Source: Candidatus Cloacimonadales bacterium
GTDB taxonomy: Bacteria; Cloacimonadota; Cloacimonadia; Cloacimonadales; JAFGVF01
Direction: 5' to 3'
NCBI GenBank assembly: GCA_963678315.1
Contig: OY782781.1
Coordinates: 2,688,001-2,752,000, forward strand
DNA length: 64,000 bases
In this document: in pieces, positions 55,438-64,000 of the stretch
How positions within the stretch are numbered: the first letter of the stretch is position 1
Layout: every line of letters begins with the position of its first letter
Program-made: the position numbers and the translations under genes
The notes under the pieces: model-generated
Database searches by the model: none
The model's input: only the letters and a program-made list of their open reading frames with translations
What the model was told of the DNA's origin: nothing

Positions 55438-55905
55438 CTAAAACTTATAATTAAGTCCAATATAATTATAGTTTAATTCAAGGTTGATTCTTTCTTTTTC
55501 TTGGTCATAGTTAAATAAAGCAGCATCAACATAGGCATCAACTATAGAAAGGATAAGGGTTCCCCCTAACCACCAAAGGCCATTATTCCTCTTTTCTAAT
55601 TGGTCTCCAACTTCATAGTTCCACTTGTCCCATTGATCTTGACTAGAAGCATTAGAGCGCTTATCTTTGTAGTCGTTTACCAGACTGTTATGATACAATG
55701 TAAGAGCAATAAAGCCAACTTCTGCAGATCCCCAGAAAGCTGTTTTATAGTAGTTGTCATTGTAGTATTGACCTCCACCTGGAATCATTAAAGAGTATAG
55801 AGCTGCCTTGTTTGGATCTCTACCAGAATCATAAGTTTTATCTTCCGAAAAAATCTGAGAACATAGCAGAAGAGAAAACAAGATAATGATTAGTCTTTTA
55901 ATCAT
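55438..55905 (-). CDS. DUF5683-like secreted/membrane protein
   Basis: DPNKAALYSLMIPGGGQYYN...SIVDAYVDAAL. Confidence 0.75.
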   Translation of the reverse strand: MIKRLIIILFSLLLCSQIFSEDKTYDSGRDPNKAALYSLMIPGGGQYYNDNYYKTAFWGSAEVGFIALTLYHNSLVNDYKDKRSNASSQDQWDKWNYEVGDQLEKRNNGLWWLGGTLILSIVDAYVDAALFNYDQEKERINLELNYNYIGLNYKF

Positions 55906-55915
55906 AATAACTTAT

Positions 55916-57289
55916 TTAAAGAATATACCTTGATAAATCTTCATTTTGAACTACGTCACTTATTACTTCATGAACCAGAGCATCATCAATAAGAACTTCT
56001 TTATAATCCACTTCAGGCATTTCAAAAAGATACTTTTCCATAAGTTTATTTAAGATAGTATGTAGTCTTCTAGCTCCAATGTCTTCCATTTTCTCATTTG
56101 CTTTGGAAGAATAATCAGCAATAGCTGAAATAGCTTGATCTGTAAATTTAAGTTCTACATTTTCAGTAGAAAAAAGTGCTATATATTGTTTAGTAAGTGA
56201 GTTTTTTGGATAAGTTAAGATTTTCTCAAAATCACTTGAAGTAAGACTATTTAACTCTACTCTGATTGGGAATCTACCTTGAAGTTCTGGAATCAAATCA
56301 GAAGGTTTAGAAATGTGAAAAGCCCCAGCAGCGATGAATAAGATATGGTCAGTTTTGATTATACCATGTTTAGTAGGAACATTAGAACCCTCAACTATTG
56401 GAAGTAAGTCTCTTTGTACGCCTGATCTAGAAACATCAGCATTACCTCTTTTATCATCAGAAGCAATCTTATCTATTTCATCAATAAAGACAATACCATG
56501 ATTTTCAACTAAATCTTTGGCTTGTTCAATAACATTTTCTTTCTTGACCATTTTTTGAGCTTCTTGGGATTTTAAGAAATTAAGAGCATCCTTGATTTTC
56601 ATCTCTTTCTTCTTAGCTTTTCCCTTTTTATTCATGATATTACCAATCATATCTGAGATATTCAGGTCAATCATTTCAAAACTATTATTACTAAAGACTT
56701 CCACATTTGGGTTCTTAGTATCATCCTTAATCTCAATTTCTATCTTACGTTCATCTAGCTCACCGTCTTCAAACTTAGCCTTCATCTTGTTTCTTGAACG
56801 CTGATACCTTTCTATTCTATTGTTGTATTCTTCATTGCTTTCTTCAGGTGTCCTTTCAATGGACAAAGGACTGATAAGTTTATCCAAGATAATTTCTTTT
56901 GCTTTAGTAAGTGCTTTTTGTTCAACTTCTTCAAGCTTCTGAGCATTAACTTGATTAATAGCAATGCTCATAAGTTCTCTTATCATAGATTCAACATCAC
57001 GACCAACATAACCAACTTCTGTGAACTTGGAAGCTTCAACTTTTATGAATGGGGCATTCGCAAGTTTAGATAGTCTTCTTGCTATCTCTGTTTTACCCAC
57101 GCCTGTAGGTCCAATCATAATAATGTTGTTAGGTACTATCTCGTTTTGGAGCGCTTCAACTACGTTTTGCCTACGCCATCTGTTTCTGAGAGCAATTGCT
57201 ACTGACTTCTTTGCTTCATCCTGTCCAATAATATACTTATCTAACTCTTCAACAATGCGTGAAGGTGTTAATTCATTTCTATCTATCAT
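55916..57289 (-). CDS. hslU: ATP-dependent protease ATPase subunit
   Basis: GPTGVGKTEIARRL, GYVGRDVE, DEIDKI, GARRLHT, DLSRYIL. Confidence 0.98.
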   Translation of the reverse strand: MIDRNELTPSRIVEELDKYIIGQDEAKKSVAIALRNRWRRQNVVEALQNEIVPNNIIMIGPTGVGKTEIARRLSKLANAPFIKVEASKFTEVGYVGRDVESMIRELMSIAINQVNAQKLEEVEQKALTKAKEIILDKLISPLSIERTPEESNEEYNNRIERYQRSRNKMKAKFEDGELDERKIEIEIKDDTKNPNVEVFSNNSFEMIDLNISDMIGNIMNKKGKAKKKEMKIKDALNFLKSQEAQKMVKKENVIEQAKDLVENHGIVFIDEIDKIASDDKRGNADVSRSGVQRDLLPIVEGSNVPTKHGIIKTDHILFIAAGAFHISKPSDLIPELQGRFPIRVELNSLTSSDFEKILTYPKNSLTKQYIALFSTENVELKFTDQAISAIADYSSKANEKMEDIGARRLHTILNKLMEKYLFEMPEVDYKEVLIDDALVHEVISDVVQNEDLSRYIL

Positions 57290-57297
57290 TACTTACC

Positions 57298-57834
57298 TTA
57301 TTTTAATTCTTCTATCACTAAATTATGGTTTGTATATATGCAAATATCAGCTGCAATATGAAGAGATTTTTCAACGACAGCTTTATTAGAAAGTTCAGAA
57401 TTCTCAGAAAGAGCTCTTGCAGAAGAAAGGGCATAATTACCCCCTGATCCTATTGCAGCAATGCCATTGCTTGGTTCAAGAACATCACCAACTCCAGTGA
57501 TAACAAGAATTGCATCTTTTGACCCTGCAATAATCATTGCTTCAAGCTTTCGTAAGATTCTATCAGATCTCCACTCTTTAGCTAATTCTACAGCAGCCTT
57601 TCTTAGATTCCCTTTGGAAGCTTTTAGATGACCTTCAAACTTCTCAAATAAAGTGAAAGCATCTGCAGTTGCTCCTGCAAAACCAGCTATTACTTCTCCA
57701 TTATATAGTCTTCTAATTTTCCTAGCTGAATCCTTCATAACGGTATGACCAAGCGTAACTTGACCATCACCACCAATTACTAAATTGTTATCCTTTAGAA
57801 TTCCTAATATCGTAGTTCCGTGAAATTGTTCCAT
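57298..57834 (-). CDS. hslV: ATP-dependent protease peptidase subunit
   Basis: [31 protein letters not shown]. Confidence 0.97.
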   Translation of the reverse strand: MEQFHGTTILGILKDNNLVIGGDGQVTLGHTVMKDSARKIRRLYNGEVIAGFAGATADAFTLFEKFEGHLKASKGNLRKAAVELAKEWRSDRILRKLEAMIIAGSKDAILVITGVGDVLEPSNGIAAIGSGGNYALSSARALSENSELSNKAVVEKSLHIAADICIYTNHNLVIEELK

Positions 57835-57858
57835 CAATTCCTCTTAATTTGAATCAAG

Positions 57859-59811
57859 TTAAATGTCTTCTGTTTGCAACTTAGGTAGTGGCTTTTTATC
57901 TTCTTCTCTTTCATCGAAGCTAAGTTCTTTAGATCTATTATATTTCTTTTCTACTATAGCTAAATCATCGCCATCAACAAATTTCTTAGCTAATGTAAAG
58001 ATATCATCAGCACCCATAGTTTCAGTTTCAAGAAGCTGTTTAGCTAACTCATCAACAAGTTTTCTATGTTTAGTTAAAGTAGCTTTAGCTTTATTATAAG
58101 CTTCACTTAAGAATTCATGAATTTCTTGGTCTATAACCTTAGCAACTTCTTCACTATGAAGCTCTTTTTGTCCAAGCTGTTTACCCAAGAAGACTTCTTG
58201 TTGTTTTTGCATAATAGCTACAGGACCAAGTTTTTCACTCATTCCCCAGTTACAAACCATCTGTTTAACGATATCAGTTGCTCTTTCTATATCATTACTT
58301 GCACCAGTAGTAATCTCATTGAAGACTATTTCTTCAGCAGCTCTACCACCTAGCAAGTGAACTAGCATAGCCTTTAAGAAACCTTTTGAATAGTTAGATT
58401 TCTCTTCACCTAAGAAGTGAGTTGCTCCACCAGTGAAGCCTCTTGGAATGATTGAAACTTTGTGAGCAGGTTCTCCGTGTTCTTCAAATAAAGAACAAAC
58501 TACATGACCAACTTCATGGTATGAAGTAATCTTTCTTTCTTCTTCAGAAACAACACGACTTTCCTTTTTCTTACCAAGAGTAAGCTTATCTTTAGCTTCT
58601 TCAAAATCATCCATTTCTATTTGAGTTTTATTTCTACGTGCAGCAATAAGAGCAGCTTCATTAACTAAATTAGCAAGTTCAGCACCAGAAAATCCAGGAG
58701 TTGCACGAGCGATAACTTTTAGATTAATGTCCCTTGAAAGCTCAACATTAGTTGCATGAACTTTAAGAATCTTGGTACGACCATTAATATCAGGAAGATC
58801 AACAACAACTTGTCTGTCGAATCTACCAGGTCTAAGAAGTGCTGGATCAAGAACATCAGGTCTGTTAGTTGCAGCAATAATGATAACAGAATCATTCATT
58901 TCAAAACCATCCATCTCAACTAGAAGTTGGTTCAATGTTTGTTCACGTTCATCATGTCCACCACCTAAGCCAGATCCTCTATGCCTTCCGACAGCATCTA
59001 ATTCATCTATAAATGCAATAGCTGGAGCACTCTTTTTAGCTTGAGCGAATAAATCTCTAACTCTTGATGCACCCACACCAACAAACATTTCAACGAAGTC
59101 TGAACCACTTACACTAAAGAATGGCACATTAGCTTCACCAGCAACTGCTTTTGCAAGCAAAGTTTTACCTGTACCAGGTCTTCCAACTAAAAGGACACCT
59201 TTAGGTATTTTACCACCAAGCTTTTCAAACTTCTTAGGATTCTTTAAGTATTCTACTATTTCAGTAAGCTCTTCTTTAGCTTCATCTACACCAGCAACAT
59301 CACTAAAATTAACTTTAGTTTTGCTACCCATATATCTTTTAGCTCTACTCTTACCAAATGAGAATGCAGAGTTTTGTCCTTTATTAACATTCCTAAACAT
59401 AAAGAACCAGAAGAAGAGTATCATAAGCAAGAATGGCAACCAAGATAAAAGAGCCGACTGCCATCTTGATGGCACCTTCTCTTTAACTGTTCCACCTGCT
59501 AGTTCAAGCAGTTTTTCTTTGAATTCTAGGTCTGATTGAGACCATCTTGTATAGTAATCTTCTCCATCTCTCTTGTAGTTAATTACTTTGCCTTCAATAA
59601 CTACATCAGAGATTTCTTTATTATTTAATTGAGTCCAAAATACTTTATTATCTACCTCTTTTTGAGTTTGATTTTCTTGAAATAAAGCATAGATAAGAAC
59701 TGTGGCTAACACCAAAACAACAATTAATGAAAACTTGTTATTTGTAGGTGACTTTAAAGGGCTTTTCTTCTTATCTTGTTTTGGATCATTGTTATCGTTC
59801 TCTATCTTCAT
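57859..59811 (-). CDS. ftsH: ATP-dependent zinc metalloprotease
   Basis: Two TM segments; [30 protein letters not shown]. Confidence 0.98.
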   Translation of the reverse strand: MKIENDNNDPKQDKKKSPLKSPTNNKFSLIVVLVLATVLIYALFQENQTQKEVDNKVFWTQLNNKEISDVVIEGKVINYKRDGEDYYTRWSQSDLEFKEKLLELAGGTVKEKVPSRWQSALLSWLPFLLMILFFWFFMFRNVNKGQNSAFSFGKSRAKRYMGSKTKVNFSDVAGVDEAKEELTEIVEYLKNPKKFEKLGGKIPKGVLLVGRPGTGKTLLAKAVAGEANVPFFSVSGSDFVEMFVGVGASRVRDLFAQAKKSAPAIAFIDELDAVGRHRGSGLGGGHDEREQTLNQLLVEMDGFEMNDSVIIIAATNRPDVLDPALLRPGRFDRQVVVDLPDINGRTKILKVHATNVELSRDINLKVIARATPGFSGAELANLVNEAALIAARRNKTQIEMDDFEEAKDKLTLGKKKESRVVSEEERKITSYHEVGHVVCSLFEEHGEPAHKVSIIPRGFTGGATHFLGEEKSNYSKGFLKAMLVHLLGGRAAEEIVFNEITTGASNDIERATDIVKQMVCNWGMSEKLGPVAIMQKQQEVFLGKQLGQKELHSEEVAKVIDQEIHEFLSEAYNKAKATLTKHRKLVDELAKQLLETETMGADDIFTLAKKFVDGDDLAIVEKKYNRSKELSFDEREEDKKPLPKLQTEDI

Positions 59812-60344
59812 GAATAAACCTCTTCTTTTAAAATTCCAATGAATGGAAGATTACGATATTTCTGTGCGTAATCTAAGCCATATCCAACAACAAACTCGTT
59901 ACCTACTTCGAAACCTACATATTCTATTACACTATCTACTTTATGAGCTTTAGGCTTGTCTAATAATACACAAGTTGCTACAGACTTTGGATTATGTTTT
60001 GAGATATATTCTTTAATATACTGTAATGATAAACCTGAGTCCACTATATCCTCTACAATTATAACATCCCTACCTTCTAAATTTACATCAACATCTTTCT
60101 TTATCTTTACAACGCCAGATGATGTTGTGCTATTTCCATAACTTGATATCGCCATAAAATCTATTTCAACATGAACTGTTACAGCTCTCATAATATCAGC
60201 CATAAATGTTGAAGCTCCTTTTAATATACATAAAAGTACTGGACAACTATCAGTGTAATCTAAAGAAATCTTTTCACCTAACTCTTTTATTCTACTTTGT
60301 ATTTGTCTTTCATCAAAAAGTATTGCAGATATATCTTGTATCAT
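59808..60344 (-). CDS. hpt: Hypoxanthine phosphoribosyltransferase
   Basis: [21 protein letters not shown]; tilS-hpt-ftsH synteny. Confidence 0.96.
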   Translation of the reverse strand: MIQDISAILFDERQIQSRIKELGEKISLDYTDSCPVLLCILKGASTFMADIMRAVTVHVEIDFMAISSYGNSTTSSGVVKIKKDVDVNLEGRDVIIVEDIVDSGLSLQYIKEYISKHNPKSVATCVLLDKPKAHKVDSVIEYVGFEVGNEFVVGYGLDYAQKYRNLPFIGILKEEVYS

Positions 60345-60346
60345 TG

Positions 60347-61795
60347 TTATTCTTTTACCATCCTTTCTGCAGAACGCAGTTTATTTTCACTTAACTCTTC
60401 AATTTCAATTCTTAATATATTTGTTGTAGTTGCTTTATCTATAGCAACCCTGTTATCTATTCTCATGCCCCCGACCCATATAATCTTTTCATCATCTTCA
60501 AAGATTAATATCTTATCTCTTTCGTATCTAGGCACTTTTTCGTCAATAAAAAAATCTTTTAGCTTTTTAAAACCACTCACCCCAAGAGGCATGAACCTAT
60601 CTCCCGGCTGTCTAAACCTAATCTTCAGTGGTAAAGTAATTTTGTTGTAATCAAGATAAACTACATTTGATTTACCAACAAGTGTTTTATCAGCCGGTAT
60701 CTTCTTTATTCGCTTCATATTAATTCGATAGTTACCTACAGTGAGTCTCGATCTTATAGAGGTTAAGACTCTACTATCATCATTCTCCTCATTATGCTGC
60801 AATAGAGGATTCTTAGTGGTAAAGATCAATTTTTCATACTGTTTGATTACATATACCTTATGAGGAAGATAAACAACTTTCGACCCATTAGTAAAGAGAA
60901 CACTTTCAATCTCATTAATATTATTCTGATAGATATCATGTTGAACATTAACCAACATAGTTATGCATCTTTTATAGAAGTAGTATCTAATAACGCTATT
61001 GCTAATCCTGATTTTGTGTAAGTCAAGCTCTATCCTAGTTTCTGTGCTTTTAAGCAAGAATTTTTTAAATCGTTTTGTTACATAGTCTTCAATAAACTCT
61101 TCTGTATCTTTCATCAAATCAGCAACAAAGATTAGTTTATCTTCTACATTACTATTTACATTCTCCTCAAGCCAAGGCAAAAAGTCATTCCTAACTTTAT
61201 TTCTCGTGTAAGAACTTTCTTTATTGGTATAATCCTCACACCACTGGCAATTTTCTTCTTCTAAGAAACGATAAATATCCTGCTTAGAGAAAATAATGAA
61301 TGGATGAATCAATGTATCTGTTTTAGGAAGAATACCTCTTAAGCCAGAAATACCTGAACCTCGAGCTAAATTCATGATAACAGTTTCAGCTACATCACCC
61401 TTGTTATGTCCCAGTGCTATATATTCCATGTTATATTCATCTTTCAAGCTATGGAAAAACTCCATTCTAATATCTCTAGCTTTTTGTTCCATACTAACCT
61501 TAGACTCTAACTTTACGTTCTTCATGACTAGGTATAGATTGTGTTGAAAACAAAATTGCTTAACAAAGTCCTCATCCCTCTTAGAGTCTTCACCCCTCAA
61601 GTTATAGTTTACATGAGCAACTAATATGGATAAATCCAACATATCTTTTATCTTCAATAATGCTAGTAAAAGTGCAGTTGAATCTGGTCCTCCAGAAAAA
61701 CCTACAATAACTTTGCTTTTCTTTTCTAACAAGTTATGTTCATTAATAAATTCTTGAAACTTCTCAATAAATTTCCTGCTGTATCTCTCTTCCAA
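60347..61795 (-). CDS. tilS: tRNA(Ile)-lysidine synthetase
   Basis: SGGPDS, HVNY, EQKAR, D.TN...YTRNKVR, C-terminal GDRF..KKLK. Confidence 0.96.
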   Translation of the reverse strand: MEERYSRKFIEKFQEFINEHNLLEKKSKVIVGFSGGPDSTALLLALLKIKDMLDLSILVAHVNYNLRGEDSKRDEDFVKQFCFQHNLYLVMKNVKLESKVSMEQKARDIRMEFFHSLKDEYNMEYIALGHNKGDVAETVIMNLARGSGISGLRGILPKTDTLIHPFIIFSKQDIYRFLEEENCQWCEDYTNKESSYTRNKVRNDFLPWLEENVNSNVEDKLIFVADLMKDTEEFIEDYVTKRFKKFLLKSTETRIELDLHKIRISNSVIRYYFYKRCITMLVNVQHDIYQNNINEIESVLFTNGSKVVYLPHKVYVIKQYEKLIFTTKNPLLQHNEENDDSRVLTSIRSRLTVGNYRINMKRIKKIPADKTLVGKSNVVYLDYNKITLPLKIRFRQPGDRFMPLGVSGFKKLKDFFIDEKVPRYERDKILIFEDDEKIIWVGGMRIDNRVAIDKATTTNILRIEIEELSENKLRSAERMVKE

Positions 61796-61857
61796 TATAT
61801 TGTCCTAGGTTAATTATGTAATTCAATGTCTTAGATAAACCCTATTTATTGTCTAAG

Positions 61858-62397
61858 TTAATTATTCTTCTCTGGATGGTAATATCTGTCTCTTTCTGAA
61901 TAGATACAACCACAGTATTGTTGACGGTACATTCCTACTTCCTTAGATAGTTCAATTCCCTCTTTCCAATATTCTCTAAAGTCCTCATAATAGAATTTCA
62001 CACCATACTCTTTGGCAAGAGAATTTCCAATTTCAATCATCATCTCATGGTTTTGGAATTTAGAATATAATAAAGTAGAAGTAAAAGCATCAAAGTTACC
62101 TTTTTTAGCTATAATAGCTGTGTACTTTAATCTCTCATAGTAGCAAGATCTACATCTATCAGACTCTCTATAAACAGCATTATGAATAAACTTGTCTAAT
62201 TCATAAACATCTTTTTCAATGTATTTGATATTATTTGTATCGACAAATTCTCTTAATGTGTCTAGTCTTTTTTTATATTCTTGATAGGGATGAATGTTGT
62301 GGTTATACCAAAAAGCAGTAACTTCATGTTTACTCTTTAAATGCTCATAGGGAGCAATAAAACATGGTGCACAACAGACATGTGTTAATATTCTCAT
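61858..62397 (-). CDS. queH: Epoxyqueuosine reductase
   Basis: HVCCAPC, NHNIHP.EY, RCRSCY, YRQQYCGCIYS. Confidence 0.9.
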   Translation of the reverse strand: MRILTHVCCAPCFIAPYEHLKSKHEVTAFWYNHNIHPYQEYKKRLDTLREFVDTNNIKYIEKDVYELDKFIHNAVYRESDRCRSCYYERLKYTAIIAKKGNFDAFTSTLLYSKFQNHEMMIEIGNSLAKEYGVKFYYEDFREYWKEGIELSKEVGMYRQQYCGCIYSERDRYYHPEKNN

Positions 62398-62409
62398 GAT
62401 TTTCCTTAA

Positions 62410-63171
62410 CTATTTATGAACTTTAATATCCATATTAACATTTTCTACAATACTGTCAAAATAATTTTCTAAAGCTTTTATAATAGAAGCCTCTACCCTA
62501 TATTCGGGAAACAAATCTTGAAGCTTTTCAACCCTTTCACGAAATCCCATTCTCAAGTTCTTATCTTCATAAGGACATTTATAATCTACAATAGCTAAAC
62601 GTTTTTTATTAAATATGTTACTGATTGTTTTTTCTTCTAAAAATATCAAAGGTCTTATCACACTTAAATTAACTTTTTCGTATTGAAGGATTGGAGGAAA
62701 CACTTCTAGATTACTATGAATAATTAGATTCATAAAGAATGTATCAACTGCATCATCTGCGTGGTGACCATAAGCAATAGTTCGGATATTTCTTCTATCG
62801 AGTTCTTCCCACATCGCATATCGTTTAATTCTAGCACATGAATAACAAATGTTCTTATGTTCAACAACCCTTTTCATATCAATGGTTAGTACTTTTAGCT
62901 CAACCTCCAGAGATTTACATAAATTCGCAATAGGTGAAACATCGTATTTACCTGTCTTAACATGAAATCCTACTAGCTTGAAATTAAGGTAGGAATACTT
63001 GCTTATATACCATAGTAAGAATAAAAGAGTAGCACTATCTTTGCCACCTGACAAAGCAACAGCGATAGTCTCATTATCTGAAATCAGATTATATTTTCGT
63101 ATTGTTCTTATTGTCTTACTGATAATTCTCTTTATTGATTTATCGAACGTTATATCTATCTTATTTTCCAT
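62410..63171 (-). CDS. TtcA/TtuA-family tRNA thiolation protein
   Basis: SGGKDS PP-loop, CYSCAR, GHHADD, IRPL, CPY. Confidence 0.85.
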   Translation of the reverse strand: MENKIDITFDKSIKRIISKTIRTIRKYNLISDNETIAVALSGGKDSATLLFLLWYISKYSYLNFKLVGFHVKTGKYDVSPIANLCKSLEVELKVLTIDMKRVVEHKNICYSCARIKRYAMWEELDRRNIRTIAYGHHADDAVDTFFMNLIIHSNLEVFPPILQYEKVNLSVIRPLIFLEEKTISNIFNKKRLAIVDYKCPYEDKNLRMGFRERVEKLQDLFPEYRVEASIIKALENYFDSIVENVNMDIKVHK

Positions 63172-63327
63172 AACATTAGTAATTTATAGTTATTAAAAAT
63201 GTCAATATTTAAAAGATAATTGTTTAAATACAAGGCTTAATACAACATATTTAATGCTGTAAATAGTTATGAAAAGCCTATAAACATCAAATACAAAATT
63301 AAAAATCAAAAATCCTGTATTTTACTC

Positions 63328-63368
63328 TTGACACAATTCTCAATGAATTTATTTTGAACTTATGTTCA
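63328..63368 (+). promoter_or_regulatory. Putative promoter with overlapping palindromic operator
   Basis: TTGACA-16 nt-TATTTT immediately followed by TGAAC-TTAT-GTTCA. Confidence 0.55.
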
Positions 63369-63396
63369 TTAATAAAGAAAGAAGAATGGAGTTTTG

Positions 63397-63855
63397 ATGC
63401 CTAGACCTAAAAAGAGAAGAATGGTAAGTAGCCCCCCAAGATTTAGTAGTTTTAAACCTGCTGGTGTAAGAAGAAGTGATTTAGTCACAATTATTCTTTC
63501 ACTAGATGAATACGAGGCAATTAAGCTTATCAACTATGACGGCTTAGACCAGACAGAAGCTTCATTAGAGATGGGTGTATCACGCCCGACAATAACTAGG
63601 CTAGTAGCTTCTGCTAACAGAAAAATCGCTGAGTTTATAGTTAATGGCAAAGAATTAACTATTGAAGGTGGAAATATACATTTCAGAGAGAATTATTATG
63701 AATGCCTTGATTGTGGGCATAGGTTCAAAATAGATATAAACAATGAAATCATCGAATGTCCATCATGTAAATCCAAGAATTTACTAGATTTTGCTGGTAG
63801 ATTTGGTCATGGTAGATGCTGTAGAAGACAACACAGAAAAGGTAAGGAGGAATAA
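63397..63855 (+). CDS. DUF134 family HTH protein with C-terminal zinc ribbon
   Basis: MPRPKKRR..FKPAG..LDEYEAIKL..QTEASLEMGVSRPT; CLDC...CPSC. Confidence 0.88.
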   Translation: MPRPKKRRMVSSPPRFSSFKPAGVRRSDLVTIILSLDEYEAIKLINYDGLDQTEASLEMGVSRPTITRLVASANRKIAEFIVNGKELTIEGGNIHFRENYYECLDCGHRFKIDINNEIIECPSCKSKNLLDFAGRFGHGRCCRRQHRKGKEE

Positions 63856-64000
63856 TGCCTTTTAGAGATGGAAGTGGACCTAATGGAAATGGTCCTTTAA
63901 CTGGAAGAGGAATGGGCGACTGTAACGCTGGAGATGCACCAAGAAACCGTAACTATGGTTCTGGTATGGGAAGAGCTTTCGGTCGTGGTAGAGGAAGAGG
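63855..64000 (+). CDS. DUF5320-like Gly/Arg-rich protein, truncated by the window edge
   Basis: Hand translation MPFRDGSGPNGNGPLTGRGMGDC...GRGRGR; TAATG coupling; AGGAGG SD. Confidence 0.8.
   Translation, partial: MPFRDGSGPNGNGPLTGRGMGDCNAGDAPRNRNYGSGMGRAFGRGRGR

Overview
AT-rich bacterial chromosome segment, mostly housekeeping genes. Secreted proteins with a C-terminal FlgD-Ig/'Por-like' domain and the outer-membrane gene set suggest a diderm, possibly Candidatus Cloacimonadota (inference, not searched). Left part: three tandem soluble TPR-histidine kinases with no response regulator in the window, a ~15 kb minus-strand run rpmF-plsX-fabH-fabD-fabG-acpP-fabF-rnc-radical SAM-lipoprotein-FadL/PorV-like barrel-vWA protein-ispG-Omp85, then pdp, tpiA and serS. 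Middle: a complete rRNA operon (16S-23S-5S, minus strand, no spacer tRNAs) whose 23S carries a ~110 nt intervening sequence in helix 45, an intact IS1182-family element that duplicated a palindromic REP-like target, gcvH-gmk-(divergent rpoZ)-udg, hslO, a thiolase and large secreted repeat proteins. Right part: prfB with a programmed +1 frameshift followed by uppS-cdsA-rfaD, then mscS, a TrmB regulator, ttcA-like-queH-tilS-hpt-ftsH-hslV-hslU, and DUF134/DUF5320 at the edge. Most notable non-standard signals: mosaic clusters of several REP-like palindrome families at three loci, the REP-targeted IS, the 23S IVS, a putative RNase III autoregulatory hairpin, an orphan plus-strand structured element at ~41 kb, and the TPR-kinase array. 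No CRISPR array, tRNA or prophage was seen.
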